Of a stretch of DNA of 64,000 nt, positions 22,849 through 35,273 are shown in pieces; position 1 is the stretch's first letter, and each line of letters begins with the position of its first letter. The position numbers and the translations under genes are program-made. The stretch covers positions 14,880,001 through 14,944,000 of the forward strand of contig NC_135767.1 in NCBI RefSeq assembly GCF_052425735.1. The letters run 5' to 3'. This stretch comes from Oculina patagonica. Its lineage: Eukaryota. The notes beneath the pieces are model-generated. The model saw only the letters and a program-made list of their open reading frames with translations, did no database searches and was not told the DNA's origin.

Positions 22849-23790
22849 ATGGCGAACTTTACTTTGGCAGGCGGAAACTACACAAGCGAGATTAACCAAA
22901 CAAGCACAGAATCATGGCCAGTAGGCGTACTTGTATTTCTTCCAGCCTTGAACATTTTTCTATCCATCACCGCATCACTGGGCAACGCTCTGATTCTTAA
23001 TTCTCTTCATAAAGAGTCTACTCTCCACCCATCAACAAAACTATTGTTTCGATGCCTGGCGGTCACTGATCTTTGTGTTGGCTTTATTTCACAACCCTTA
23101 TATGTAACTTTTATCTTTGCTATATTCGACATTAGAAAGATAACATGGGATTTTCTCTTCTACATCGGCGAAGGAATTCATGTTACAAGCATTATATTGT
23201 GTGGAATGTCAATCTTAACATCAACAGCAATAAGTGTGGACAGGCTTCTCGCACTTTTGCTGGGTTTGAGATACAGACATGTTGCAACTTTGAGAAGAAC
23301 ACGTGCAGTCATTGTTTGCTTTTCTGTAATAAGTTTTTCATGCGGAGCGGTGTATTTTTGGAGTCATAGTATTTCCTGGATTGTAATCTATATATTCGGT
23401 GTACTTTGTCTAATAATCTCGATCCTCTCCTACACTAAAATTTACGTAACATTACGACAACATCAAGCTCAAGTACAAGACCATGTTCACCGAGGACAAC
23501 CGAACGGAGGAGGAATTCCACTGAACATAGCACGATACAAAAAGTCAGTGTCCAGCATAGCATGGGTGCAGTTCGTGTTAGTAGTCTGTTATGTTCCGTT
23601 TCTTGTTGTGACTATACTGATAAATACAACGGAAACTGGACTAACACTTTACATGGTTTGGCTTGTTACGATTACTTTAGTCTACTTAAACTCATCTCTG
23701 AACCCGATTCTTTACTGTTGGAAGATCAAAGGAGTGAGACAGGCAGCGAAGGACACGATCAAACAGTTGTGCTGTTGTTTATGCAGTTAA
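22849..23790 (+). CDS. Intronless class A GPCR, subtype B (313 aa), intact
   Basis: GN, LAVTD, SVDR, CYVP, NSSLNPILY, C-terminal CCCLC. Confidence 0.93.
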   Translation: MANFTLAGGNYTSEINQTSTESWPVGVLVFLPALNIFLSITASLGNALILNSLHKESTLHPSTKLLFRCLAVTDLCVGFISQPLYVTFIFAIFDIRKITWDFLFYIGEGIHVTSIILCGMSILTSTAISVDRLLALLLGLRYRHVATLRRTRAVIVCFSVISFSCGAVYFWSHSISWIVIYIFGVLCLIISILSYTKIYVTLRQHQAQVQDHVHRGQPNGGGIPLNIARYKKSVSSIAWVQFVLVVCYVPFLVVTILINTTETGLTLYMVWLVTITLVYLNSSLNPILYCWKIKGVRQAAKDTIKQLCCCLCS

Positions 23791-24690
23791 TGCTAAGCAT
23801 TCACCTTGCTTGAGCTTTGAATATTGTACCGACAGTAAAATATGGACAACTTTAATAAACAACTTACAAAACTTGTATATAAAGGAGCGTAGAAACTACA
23901 CAAGCGAGCTAAACCAAGCAAGCATGCCAATATGACCAACAGGCGTATTTCCTTTCAGTAATATTTTAGAGAACCTATTTATTTTTTTAATATGTATATT
24001 GTCTTGAAAACTCTGATCTGTTCGCAGTATGGGAGGATACTGTTCATAGAAATTACATTGCTGGCAAATTACAAGTTTTACAAACGTTTAGGAGATTTAT
24101 AATTATTAAATCAAGAAACACATGTATTGGAGTAGTACATTATTATTCCCTTATACTACAAGCAAATATTACAAGACCATTCTAGCACGCTAAGTCTGTT
24201 TGCACTTTATAAAAGAGCAAAATGGATTCTCTATAACATTTTCTATCTTGTACATGTGTCAGAAAGCAACTATTGTGCTTCCTTATGTAAAAACTGTTCA
24301 CTGTTAGAAATTAAAAGCTTTACCGAAGTGGGGCAGGACGAAGGAGACGTTTTTTAACCATTTTATCGTACGGAGCCGAGATACTTACTGTACGTGTCAC
24401 TGAGCTTTCGTTGCTACTAAGTATATTCTTTAACCACTTGGATTAAAAAAAATCAAATTATGATCACCGATCTCATTATCTCTGTGTAAAACAATTATTT
24501 TCGCCATACTTTTTTGTGCCTCGTTTTCAGTTGTTAAAAATATTGAGCGAGTTCCCTTTACTTCTGTCAATAGTAATTTATCAAATGGAGGTGGAAACTT
24601 CCTTTGCCAATAATTGGCATTTAAAGAGTTACATGTAAGTTCCTTTTTAAAATTGCATGCACTAAAGCTGGGACACCGAAACATGCTTAA

Positions 24691-25563
24691 GTGGCTGTCC
24701 AGCTAACAGCGGTCTGGCGATTTTCGGGTCGCGGGTAAACCTTCCCTTTATTTTTTGTGACTGAAAAGGACTTAAGGTGAAATGATTAAAATCGATCTAA
24801 TTTTTTCCAGAAACTTTTTCTTTGCTTCGCTACAGGACAAAACGTATTTTACTATCTGAGAGCGGTTTTCAGGGTTATTCGATGACCGAAATTCGGCGAT
24901 TTTAAAAGCCGCGTTTCTTCGAAACGGATAAATATCGCTAAATTTTAAATAGATCATTACATTAAGCCGCATTTACCTTGTCTTATCAAGGAATATCGAA
25001 TTATTTGATGAAAAATTAAATTAACTTAATTAAATCAAAGACAACGCGGTTTGCGGTATCTTTTCTTGCATGACAGATTCCTCAAAAGTAAAAGCTAAAA
25101 TCTTCAAAGCGGTACGAAAATCACAGGTAAAATGCACTTCACAGCAAAGATCTAACCCTATTCTAATAGAAAATAAATTAAAAGGTCCGGGTATCGTTCT
25201 ACTTTGGACGCGAACAAACGTTTTTAAGAGCTCATTTTGGCAATATTTACATTAGATTGCTCGTTTGACGGTTATGCCCAGCGCATGTGATTAGATAGAA
25301 ATATTTTATCCAGCAGCTCAGAGTCTTGCTGTACATCCTCGAAAAACGAGTACTTTTGGTTTTTATGGCCGTTGAAGTTTGTATAAATAAAAACGGCTGA
25401 AATGCCATAAATAGGAATCGTTCGTCCGCTCGCACAATATGCAAATTTTGCTCATTTTCAACAGGTTGTCGATTTCAGCAAAGTCAAAATTATCTCAAAG
25501 ATTAAAACTTACTTTTTCTCAAACGTTTTCCTTCTTGAGTTGAGACACACGGCAACTGGAGGC
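24691..25563. repeat. Left terminal inverted repeat
   Basis: Reverse complement of 32330-33205 with only scattered mismatches; mirrored short ORFs 24772/32924 and 25070/32641. Confidence 0.95.
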
Positions 25564-26712
25564 ATTTACCTTATTCTGACATAAAACAAACTTAAAGGTG
25601 AAGGTATCATTTTGCTTCGCACGCGAACAAGTGGTTAGGAGCTTCTTGGTCAATATTTACATCAGAAATACTCGTTCGACGGTTACACGCAATGTCCAAC
25701 GCAAACTGTATTACTGAATAGATTTATTTCTTTACATCTCAGATTCATTTTATGCCTCTTCAGAATAACAAGCATGTTTTTTTCTAAGCCTTTGTTAGTT
25801 TGTAAACAAAACATTAAAGCGAAAAAAATGCCATAAACAAAAATTCTGTATCTTATTTACAGCGGGCTGTCGATTACAGCTTTGTTTGTTTACATCGCAA
25901 AAACGATAAAGCTCTTCCCTACTCAGTTATAGTCCAACCTTATCGTATCACCTGGACGAAATTAATCACGTATTTAAATTAATCTCGCATTACACATGAA
26001 AACATCACTGACAATCCGTATATCAATGGCTTTCTTTTAGTAAGGGGTGGCCGTGTTGCGGGGGGGGGGGGGGGGGGGGGAAGTGGACAAATACCCAAAT
26101 AAATATCCAGATGCGCTTTTGATTTTTGGAGCAAATATCGAGCTCTAAGAAAAAGTTACCGTGCAAGGACCGGAAAAGAAAAATATCAAGAAATGAATTT
26201 TACATCAAAATATCAAATTCATGCATCTCCCTCTCCATTTCAACAGTAATGTTTTGGCACACCCCTATGAACATGGCAAACACCACACTACTTGTAGCTA
26301 AAACTAATTAATTAACAGAAATTACTCGGTACTTGAGCTCACCTAAAATCGCAAAAACGATCTTACTGCTGTTTTCGTGACATGCGTTTTACACAATAAT
26401 TCCACCTTGCTCCTGGTTTATGTATTTTGTAACTTTTCTTTCTCTTATCGTTAAAACATACAATTTAATAAACTGTTATCCTTAACAACGACTCCAAATC
26501 AGAACATGACCGCGTGCATGCACAACTTTTTCCCTTTTCTCATTTACAACTATCGGTAAACAAAGCTTACGTACAGGGCAAGGTTTTTGTCAAGTTAGAA
26601 ATTGCGATTTATTCGACTGGTGCTTGGAAACTTTGTCCACAGCAGACTCAAACGACGTAAAATGCCCACCAAAATTTCCGAGAACATCCTCCCCGGCCTT
26701 AAAGTTATAGGG

Positions 26713-29700
26713 CTATTCAGTGGTTGGGCGGCAGCAGCTGCATTCTTTCACCATGTCTGTGATTTTGTTTACAAGGGTAGCCTTTGTATCTTTAGATTTG
26801 AATGGCAGTTCAAAATGATTGCAGATGGCTTTCAGTGTTTTCACATTGAATTTTGAGAGCCCTTCTTGTTTGGTCTGCTCGCATATATCATAGCCATCGT
26901 ACATCATAGGATGCATTACACCCACGTTGTTAAAAATATCCTCGACCTCTTTGTCCCGACGTTTATCATTCAGAAATGATACTTCTTCTTGCAAAAGCAG
27001 ATCCCCTTCGTCATCACTTTCAACACTCTCGGCTCCGGACGACCCTTTTCTTCTTCTGAGTGCAGACAGTCTCGAAAAGAATGACTGAACTTGCTCCTTC
27101 GTCAGCCATTCGTCTCTGGGAAATCTTCTTGAGCCATCTGCATTTCTGGTCGTTCTCATGTCTGCTGCGACCTGAACAGGATCTGCTTTCCGGCCTGTTT
27201 GCGCGCCGACATCAAATCGTACTGTGAGGTAAGACCTGACATTCTCGCTAAACCTTGTCCCGCCTCCCCTTGGCTTCTGTAGGGCCCATCCACTAGCCTC
27301 AAATTTGCAAACACCACTGGGAGAGTCAGGTTGGCGAGAGTCTTCGGTTGGCGGCAATTTCTGTCTTGAATCGATGGACATTGTTGCGAACTTGAGCGCC
27401 CAGTCTCGGCGTAATCGATCGTATATGCTTTCCTGATTCGCTTGAACACTTGAGACATGTTCTCCAAAGTGAATATGATCTTGTAGTTCGTCAAATGTTT
27501 TAAAAACGGAAGAACAGCCAGGCTCTTTACATTCAAATAATGCTGCTTCTTTCTCTGACTCCTGTGTCTCACACAGTGACAGCTTCATTTGCCTGGGCGT
27601 AACAGCAAAGAAGCCTTGTTCGTTAACTTCCCTCACGAGAATTGGACCTTGTCTCTGAACGTTGAGTTGCGACCATGGTATCAATTTTCCCGGGCCAATT
27701 TCATAGGCTTTTGAGACGCGGACACCCTCTGCTTCATACGAGAAATTATGGAATGAACTGAAATTGCTAACGCGGTCAACTTTAATACTTTGGCTGCAAT
27801 CTAATTCGCACACCGCTGCGGTGGTTCCCTTTACCTGCCGTAAAGGGAACGTCGTATCTGGAAAAACAAAATACAAGAGATATCTATCCTATGGAAGTAT
27901 TCCTGTAAAGCTGTAAGTCTCGCGGATCAATTTCATAAACTCATATATGCCCTGGGATTGGGGTGTCTCGGTGTTTGGATACCCCAATGAAACACTCGCT
28001 CTCGCTTTGGAAATAGTACATGAAGGTTCAGGATAGCGGAAAATCGTAAACTAACCGGAAATTATCGCCTTCATTTAGACACAAAATATCACGCACTATC
28101 ACTGACTATCACTAGATAAATGAGCTTGAGATTAATTAATAGACTTAATAGTTAGGAAAAGCAGTTCCTCAGGGAAGCCCAGGAAGAGACGGAAAGAATA
28201 AGGCAGTGGTTTATGTGTATATCTCAGAGTTCATTCGAAATCGCCTTCCAGTTATAAAACAAAAATTGCGCCTGAAGTTAGAACTAACTCCATGAGGACG
28301 ATTTATATTATGGGCATCTTTGACCAATAACTACAAGCCAATGTTGCGAGAATTCTGACTTTGTTGGATAATCAACTTATTAAAAGCATTTAGCCCTTCT
28401 CCAAACAAGCATGGAAAACCATAGTTTATTTTATTATTTCAAATGGAATGGAATTACCTCAGAACTCGTATCCCAACCTGCTTGCCAATGTCGCTCACAG
28501 CTGCAATTAAGTTATTATTGTGGTAGCATCCAGCGCCATCGGAACGAATGTAGGCCGTATTCACGTACGGTCGTTCAGCTTTGACGGTCGTCAGCAGGTG
28601 TGTTAGGATTGCACATACTGCGTACCAGTCCTGAGCGTAGCTATCCAGGAGGTGGACATACGATACTATCTCTTGATCTTGACCCTCTGCAGGCTTGGAG
28701 ATGACGCAGCTGACGTGCCAGCTCATTCCCCGTTTGCCGTACCACTCGGACCGTTTTTCTCGATACTTCATTTGGTTGAATTTCATCGCCCAATCCATTA
28801 GCACTAGTATAGAGTCATTTGGTAGAGACCTGAGTGCATCTTGTTTGGCTTGGTCTTGATTCTCTGCCCGAAGGATATGCGCCTTCCATTGAAGCACCAT
28901 ATCCTGTGCCTGTTTGGCATCATACAGCAGGTCTTCCTTTTGGTCTTCTCCATACAAACTGATTACTGGTGACTGGATCTCTGTCAATATGGAGATCATT
29001 GCGTTTTTCAGTGATTCGCATTGTTGGCACGGTGTATAGTGTTCGTGGTTGCAGGAAGCCTGGAAGTCAGTGCTCTGGGGATCACTAAGAGCATAACGTC
29101 CACAATGGTCCGGGCATGGGCTCTCGCCTTCTCGACAGTGCGCTCGGTATTCTGTCTTAGGGTAGCGCTTTCCTTCTTTCAATTCCTTCCTTGTTGCTTG
29201 ACACCATTCCGGCCGCGATCCGCTTTGCTCCAGCCTGTCTATGATCTTATTCAGAGCATCGAAGCCGTCTGCACCACTTGCTGCGGTATTGTCGAGCCCT
29301 TGTAAGGACTTCCGTTGAGATGATTTCCTTACTTTTAAAATCTGAAACAAAGTCGACCGTCCAAGGGGTTCGAATTCTTCATCACGGCAGTGGCTGAAAT
29401 ATTGGGCTATCGTGGTTGATCTAGCGACAGTTCTCACAACGTTGGGCATGACTAACTGCTCTCCGGAATCTAGTTTTAAAGTCCGAGTCCCGTAGGAAAC
29501 ATCCTGGTAAAAATATGGTTGGTCGGCAAATGAAAGGAAATGGTTCAGCTTCATCAAATCGATACGGGTTCTGTGGAAAGGAGCTTTCTCTAGAATCAAT
29601 CCAGCACCGACTGTCTTTGCGTGGGCCCTGGCCTTTTTGATCTGTCGATCACTTAGATTTTCAAAGTGGCCATGCATCTTTTTTAATTCACTGAAAGAAT

Positions 29701-32209
29701 ACTGCAAAGCGTAAATACTAAGAATTTGTGTTTTCAGATTCTTTGTTGGGGCATGTCTGTATGCAGCTATCAGGGCGTTTTCGCCTTTATCTAGCGTCGA
29801 CGAGTTTTTGTATGCGTTTAACAGTTCATCACTGGCATTAGGGGCAATAACCTTGCATACAGCTTGACAAGCTTCATCGACCTTTTCTTCGCACAACGCT
29901 TTTTCATTTGCGGACGCACTTTCCCAATCTGACGCAAGCCTGAACGTAAGTTGCTCAACTGTTTTCATATCAGTCAACGATGCAATTTGTGACATTGCGT
30001 CATTGTACACCTTGAGTGGGTCAGGTGTCGATTCGTCAGCTGAACCATCAGATTCCTCTTCGCGCCACTGGCCTGGTGTCCATGGCGGATCTGACGAGCT
30101 GACGCCTGGTCCTGGAGTGCCTGGTGACCAAGTTCGCATCGCCAAGTAAGCATCGTGCTTAGATTTTCTAGAATAGTTAAAAAATGAAACATTTTACTGA
30201 CTGAAACGTTCCCCGAAGAACATATTCATTCCTCAACTTAAGAACGTTTAGGACGGTACCTTGTCGTATTTTTATGGTTTGACCCAGATTTCATTACTGT
30301 ACTATAGCACAACACCTCAGCTGTTAGTCTCTTTTCTTATCTCCAGACTAATAACGCTCCTCCTCTTTCTGCTAACCCCATTCAACCTTAACATGCCTTA
30401 AAAACTGAAAAACTGAACATGGCGCTAAATAAACTTTTATGTACTTGTTGTGCAGGCTGTGGTACAATATGTTTGTTGCAGTGTCAAATTCGCCATGGAA
30501 ATTCTTTTACGCCACCTCTGTATCAATACAACTACTGAGAAAATATTGCAATGATAAAAAAAGAAGAAGAAAGAATACCTCGAAAACTGTTCTGGTTTTT
30601 CGACCACCCCCTCATACAGCCATTTCCACTCGTTTTTTAATCTTTCCTTGTGACTCTTTCGGCAGCTGTTGCACAAGGCTGAAACAGAAGCATGTTGTAG
30701 AACGTTTTTTAATTGATCTATTTAACATACAAACAGACCTGCGTAAGAATGAGAGAAGTGCACGTGTGACGCCTTATCGGTGAAAAATAGGCGTGTCGGT
30801 TAAAAAGTCCACTCTAACCGAGGCATGGGCCTGGGTCGAGGCCAGTTATATTTAAATTTTTTTCTCATGTATTTTTTACCTCGTTTTTTTTCTTTATTTT
30901 TCTCAAGTTAAATGATTTCCGAAATTCTGGTTCTTCTGAAATTACAAACAATAAAAAGTATTTTAAGGAAAAAGGAAAAAAACAGTTAAAACAAAAAAGA
31001 GGAAGATGTAATAACAGTTTATGAAGTGCACGCCCCCAATCCGGCCTTGGCCCCGGCAACGGCACCGACCTTCTCGGCATTTTATCGATCACAGGAAAGG
31101 TTTCGGGTTTTGTAGAATACAGAGCTTACCTTATTTGTTAATAGGTAATTTTAAATTGATGCTGGGTTGTCAGAACGAATTTAACGGACAGAATGATTCC
31201 AGTTGAATTGATTTCTCCAGTTTCGTGACCGTTTGATAATTTAATTAGTTGTTCTTCTTTCAGTTGAATGAAAACATGGGCTTTAAAAATCTTTTCTTTT
31301 AAATTTTATCACAGAGAATTCAAGTCCATTTATTGTTTCCAGCTTGGTTCAAGGGTACACAAAAAAAAACAAAAGAAATCAAATGGAGTTAAAAGTTTGG
31401 TAAATTAAATTAAGAGAAGTTTTAATTTTGGCAACAGATAGCATTTCTCTATGGGAAAATGAAAAAGAACGGAGAATACTTCCCTCTCAGCTACATGTTA
31501 ACTATAAACATCGTAGATGGATGGGGTAGGTGCATGATAAACTGAAACTATAGTCCGTTTGAGCTGTAAAAGGAATGAGCAAAAACCGACGCAAAATCGA
31601 AAACATTGAAAAGTGTCAAATACACTGAGTTAATTAAGCGCAGGTAATTTTCAAAACGCAAAAAAATTCCTTAATCCTTTATATAGAATTTGGTTAAATA
31701 AGACAATGATGCGTGATTTGAACTATATTATGCCCGTATTGTGTGAATGTCATTAGAGAAGACAGAAAAAAGAATGGAGAAAATGTTGTTTCTTGCTATT
31801 ACTTACGTGATCCAACAGGAATAGCAACGTCAAAAACTTCCATCACTTCTCGTGCAATTTTCACAGTCACGACTCTGTCACTTTTAACACTTTTCTGCTT
31901 ACCCTTGTGATCGGGATAATGGCATGCTGTGCGGCCAGTTTGATTTCTCCAGTCTTTGCCAAGGTTCGCACGATGTCTTGGGCACACAAACATATTTTCA
32001 ACTTGTTGGGCAGTTTTACTAAAATAGCCAGCCCGTAGTAAAATAAGTTCGCTTTCTGAAATGTCTTCTTTTGTTAAATGACATCTCCTCAGGTGAGCCG
32101 TAATATCACTTTTGCATTCACTTAGAGGCACCAACTTTGTCTCTCCGTTATTTTCCCCACATCCAATTTCATCCTTCGCCGACATGAAACATGTCGTTGA
32201 AGACGCCAT
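26713..32209 (-). pseudogene. Spliced Sola3-like transposase; proposed exons 32209-31807, 30678-30579, 30167-28458, 27857-26713; frameshifting lesion near 27850
   Basis: GT-AG junctions with compatible phases for exons 1-3 (c|GTAAGT; ttcAG|cc; ag|GTATTC; ttctAG|a; ag|GTAATT; ccAG|a). Motifs MDWAMKF..KYRE..EWYGKRGMSWH and YIRSDGAGCYH; C2H2 finger CKEPGC..F...L..HIHFGEH; GWAL; C-terminal SAP-like helices. Exon sum of 3358 nt is out of frame. Confidence 0.75.
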
Positions 32210-32329
32210 GTCTCGCACTCTCGGGTACATTGCGTGACAACAACACATCAACATTGCAAATGACATCATTACATTGGGAAGAGAACTTATTAATAAAAAA
32301 AACGAAGTCAAAATCTGTCTTTTTTACGA

Positions 32330-33205
32330 GCCTCCAGTTGCCGTGTGTCTAAACTCAAGAAGGAAAACGTTTGAGAAAAAGTAAGTTTTAATCTTTGAGA
32401 TAATTTTGACTTTGCTGAAATCGACAACCCTGTTGAAAATGAGCAAAATTTGCATATTGTGCGAGCGGACGAACGATTCCTATTTATGGCATTTCAGCCG
32501 TTTTTATTTATACAAACTAAAACGGCCATAAAAACCAAAAGTACTCGTTTTTCGAGGATGTACAGCAAGACTCTGAGCTGCTGGATAAAATATTTCTATC
32601 TATAATCACATGCGCTGGGCATAACCGTCAAACGAGCAATCTAATGTAAATATTGCCAAAATGAGCTCTTAAAAACATTTGTTCGCGTCCAAAGTAGAAC
32701 GATACCCGGACCTTTTAATTTATTTTCTATTAGAATAGGGTTAGATCTTTGCTGTGAAGTGCATTTTACCTGTGATTTTCGTACCGCTTTGGAGATTTTA
32801 GCATTTACTTTTGAGGAATCTGTCATGCAAGAAAAGATACCGCAAACCGCGTTGTCTTTGATTTAATTAAGTTAATTTAATTTTTCATCAAATAACTCGA
32901 TATTCCTTGATAAGACAAAGTAAATGCGGCTTAATGTAATGTTCTATTTAAAATTTAGCGATATTTATCCGTTTCGAAGAAACGCGGCTTTTAAAATCGC
33001 CGAATTTTGGCCATCGAATAACCCTGAAAACCGCTCTCAGATAGTAAAATACGTTTTGTCCTGTAGCGAAGCACAGAAAAAGTTTCTGGAAAAAATTAGA
33101 TCGATTTTAATCATTTCACCTTAAGTCCTTTTCAGTCACAAAAAATAAAGGGAAGGTTTACTCGCGACCCGAAAATCGCCAGACCGCTGTTAGCTGGACA
33201 GCCAC
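32330..33205. repeat. Right terminal inverted repeat
   Basis: Reverse complement of 24691-25563. Confidence 0.95.
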
Positions 33206-34537
33206 TTAATATGACTGACTAGCACTTAGCGCCAAACACTCATTATATCCTCCGCAAACTAACATAATTTCAGGACCCTTTAGGCCTATTTAATAACTAA
33301 GTCAATATCATCAAGTAGTGCGCTAAAAGCATCGATGCAAACATCTGTTCTTGTCTTTTCGCACAAGTCAGTGTTTTCATGCTAAACATCACTTCTCTTT
33401 TTGCAACTAATGACATAGTACTACAATGTTTACCTTAATTTAACATCGACACATTTTTTATCAAATTCATTTCAGTTTAGAGTGGTCTTTTTTTTATTCA
33501 TCAGGCCCTGTACCATCATTAAACCATTTACTCGTGAATTTATAACGTATGAATTCGAAGCTTTTAATTTGTAACGTCAAAAGGTGATTCAAGTTTCCGT
33601 TTTAATTTCTCACAATAAAAAGCCGTTTGCTTTCATGACTGGCAGAAAATTGTTTAAAAGAGATGGAGTAACGCAGCTGTATTATATACTGCTTAATATT
33701 CAAGCCAAATGCCAAACTGTTTCTCTTTGAAAAAGAAACAGGTCTATTTAAGGAGGCTTACAACGGTTTTCAACACCTTTTAGCTCTTAAACGTCAGTAC
33801 ATCGAATCTTAAACAGTAGCTGCTACAATAATGATATCAAACCAATGTTCAATCATCGCTGAACAAGTTGGGGTCATTTTCATAACGTCACTGGTAGCCA
33901 TAGCATTTCCCTTTAAGCGCTTATACTGAACTCAAAAACAATCCCGGTGACCCCCATTTTAGTCCGGCGGCTTAGCTCCTGAATTGTGCGATTTTTGATA
34001 CAAGCACCAAACTTTGCAGGATTTCAAGCATTCGCATACTAATCAATTCTTGATATAGTGCCAACTCCAATAACCTATTTTTAGCTAGTAAACAGCAATG
34101 AAATTTTCCGCCGAGAGGCCCCCCTGCCCCGGCCTTTCCCACAAAGTATTTCTTCTTGTACTTTTATAAACCTTTTATTGTTGATTTTTATTCATAAATA
34201 CAAGTATGAATGCTTTTAATTAGGCTTACAATTGTTATTTTTTACCGTCTGTTTGATACCAATAATTTAATAAGAAATTATTGCATGGGAAAAGATTTTT
34301 CGTTCCCCGCCCTCTGCTCCCTCGCGTCTCTCGTTTTGCGCTAGCGTCCAGGTCTCTCGCGATCGGTGAACCGTTCGCTTATAGAAGAAAAGTAGGAAAA
34401 TATAGGGCTGTGAACAGTCTAAATTACAGCATTTCATTCTAAATTTTGTATGTGCGACTTGGTATCACTACCTGGCATAATAGTATTTGTCTATAAACCA
34501 GAACAAACAAAATTTCACGAAATTTCATTGATTTTAA

Positions 34538-35118
34538 CCCTATCCAGACCGGGAGGGGCGGAAAGTGCCCGCGCTGACTTTGAACGCTTATAACTTTTTC
34601 AAGATTCAACCAAACGCTACCAAACTTTGCGAGTTAATCTAAAATTTATCTGGAAATGATTTGGTAGGGCAATTTGTTGTGTTAGAAACTTGACGTCACC
34701 ATGGCAACGGCATTTTGACAGGCATGTTTTCCCAAATTGGAAAGTTTCGTGTTTCTATTAATGAAAAATAACTTTAATGCAATCATTTTCACCTTTTTAC
34801 GGATTTTAAGCACACTTTTATTGATTTTGAGTACTTTCCAGTAATTTTGGGCGGTTTTCTGACGTTGTGAAAAAATTTCGAAATCCAAGATGGCGGATCC
34901 AAGATGGTGGATGTTTTGGCATTATGATGTTATTGTCACGTGATGTGACGTCATCATCCCACGTGATGTATACCAAAAGTTAGATTTTCGGACATACTAT
35001 ATATCCTGTAAGTTTCATTGTGATTGCTTAAATATTCTGTAAGTTACGGGGGGCGGTATCCGCCACCCCCCCCCCCCCCCCTCTAAAAAGATCCAAAAAA
35101 AGCCCGGTCTGAATAGGG
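34538..35118. mobile_element. piggyBac-type MITE, TTAA TSD
   Basis: TTAA|CCCTATCCAGACCGGG...CCCGGTCTGAATAGGG|TTAA; internal atccaagatggcgg repeats. Confidence 0.88.
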
Positions 35119-35122
35119 TTAA

Positions 35123-35273
35123 TATGTTCCAAGGGAAAATAATTTTCGTGTTGTATTTTGCTTCGGTAACTCTAGTCTACTTCAACTCATCTCTGAACCC
35201 TCTTCTTTATTGTTGGAAGATAAAGAAGCACTGAAGGACACAATCAGACAACTTTGTTGTTCCTGCAGCTTAA
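35123..35273 (+). pseudogene. GPCR 3' fragment (TM7-C terminus, subtype A)
   Basis: atgttccaagggaaaataattttcgtgttgtattttgct...aactcatctctgaaccc...tgttggaagat; this and the downstream 35273-35750 match the 55397 gene and its 3' flank. Confidence 0.85.

Larger units (their letters stand above)
24691..33205 (-). mobile_element. Sola3-like DNA transposon, 8515 bp, TTAA TSD, ~875-bp TIRs
   Basis: TTAA(24687-24690)|GTGGCTGTCCAGCTAAC...GTTAGCTGGACAGCCAC|TTAA(33206-33209); TIRs 24691-25563 and 32330-33205; empty paralogous site acatgcTTAActtgaacgactagcac at ~48861-48886; internal minus-strand transposase. Confidence 0.85.

Noticed and set aside
24772-33124. Paired short ORFs MRLNVM... and MTDSSKV... 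on opposite strands
   Set aside because: Mirror products of the two TIRs with no recognisable protein features
24687-33209. piggyBac or Kolobok identity for the large TTAA-flanked element
   Set aside because: Termini are GTG rather than CCY or RR, the TIRs are very long, and the protein motifs do not resemble those transposases. A TA TSD with AGTGG ends is formally equivalent and cannot be excluded from one site
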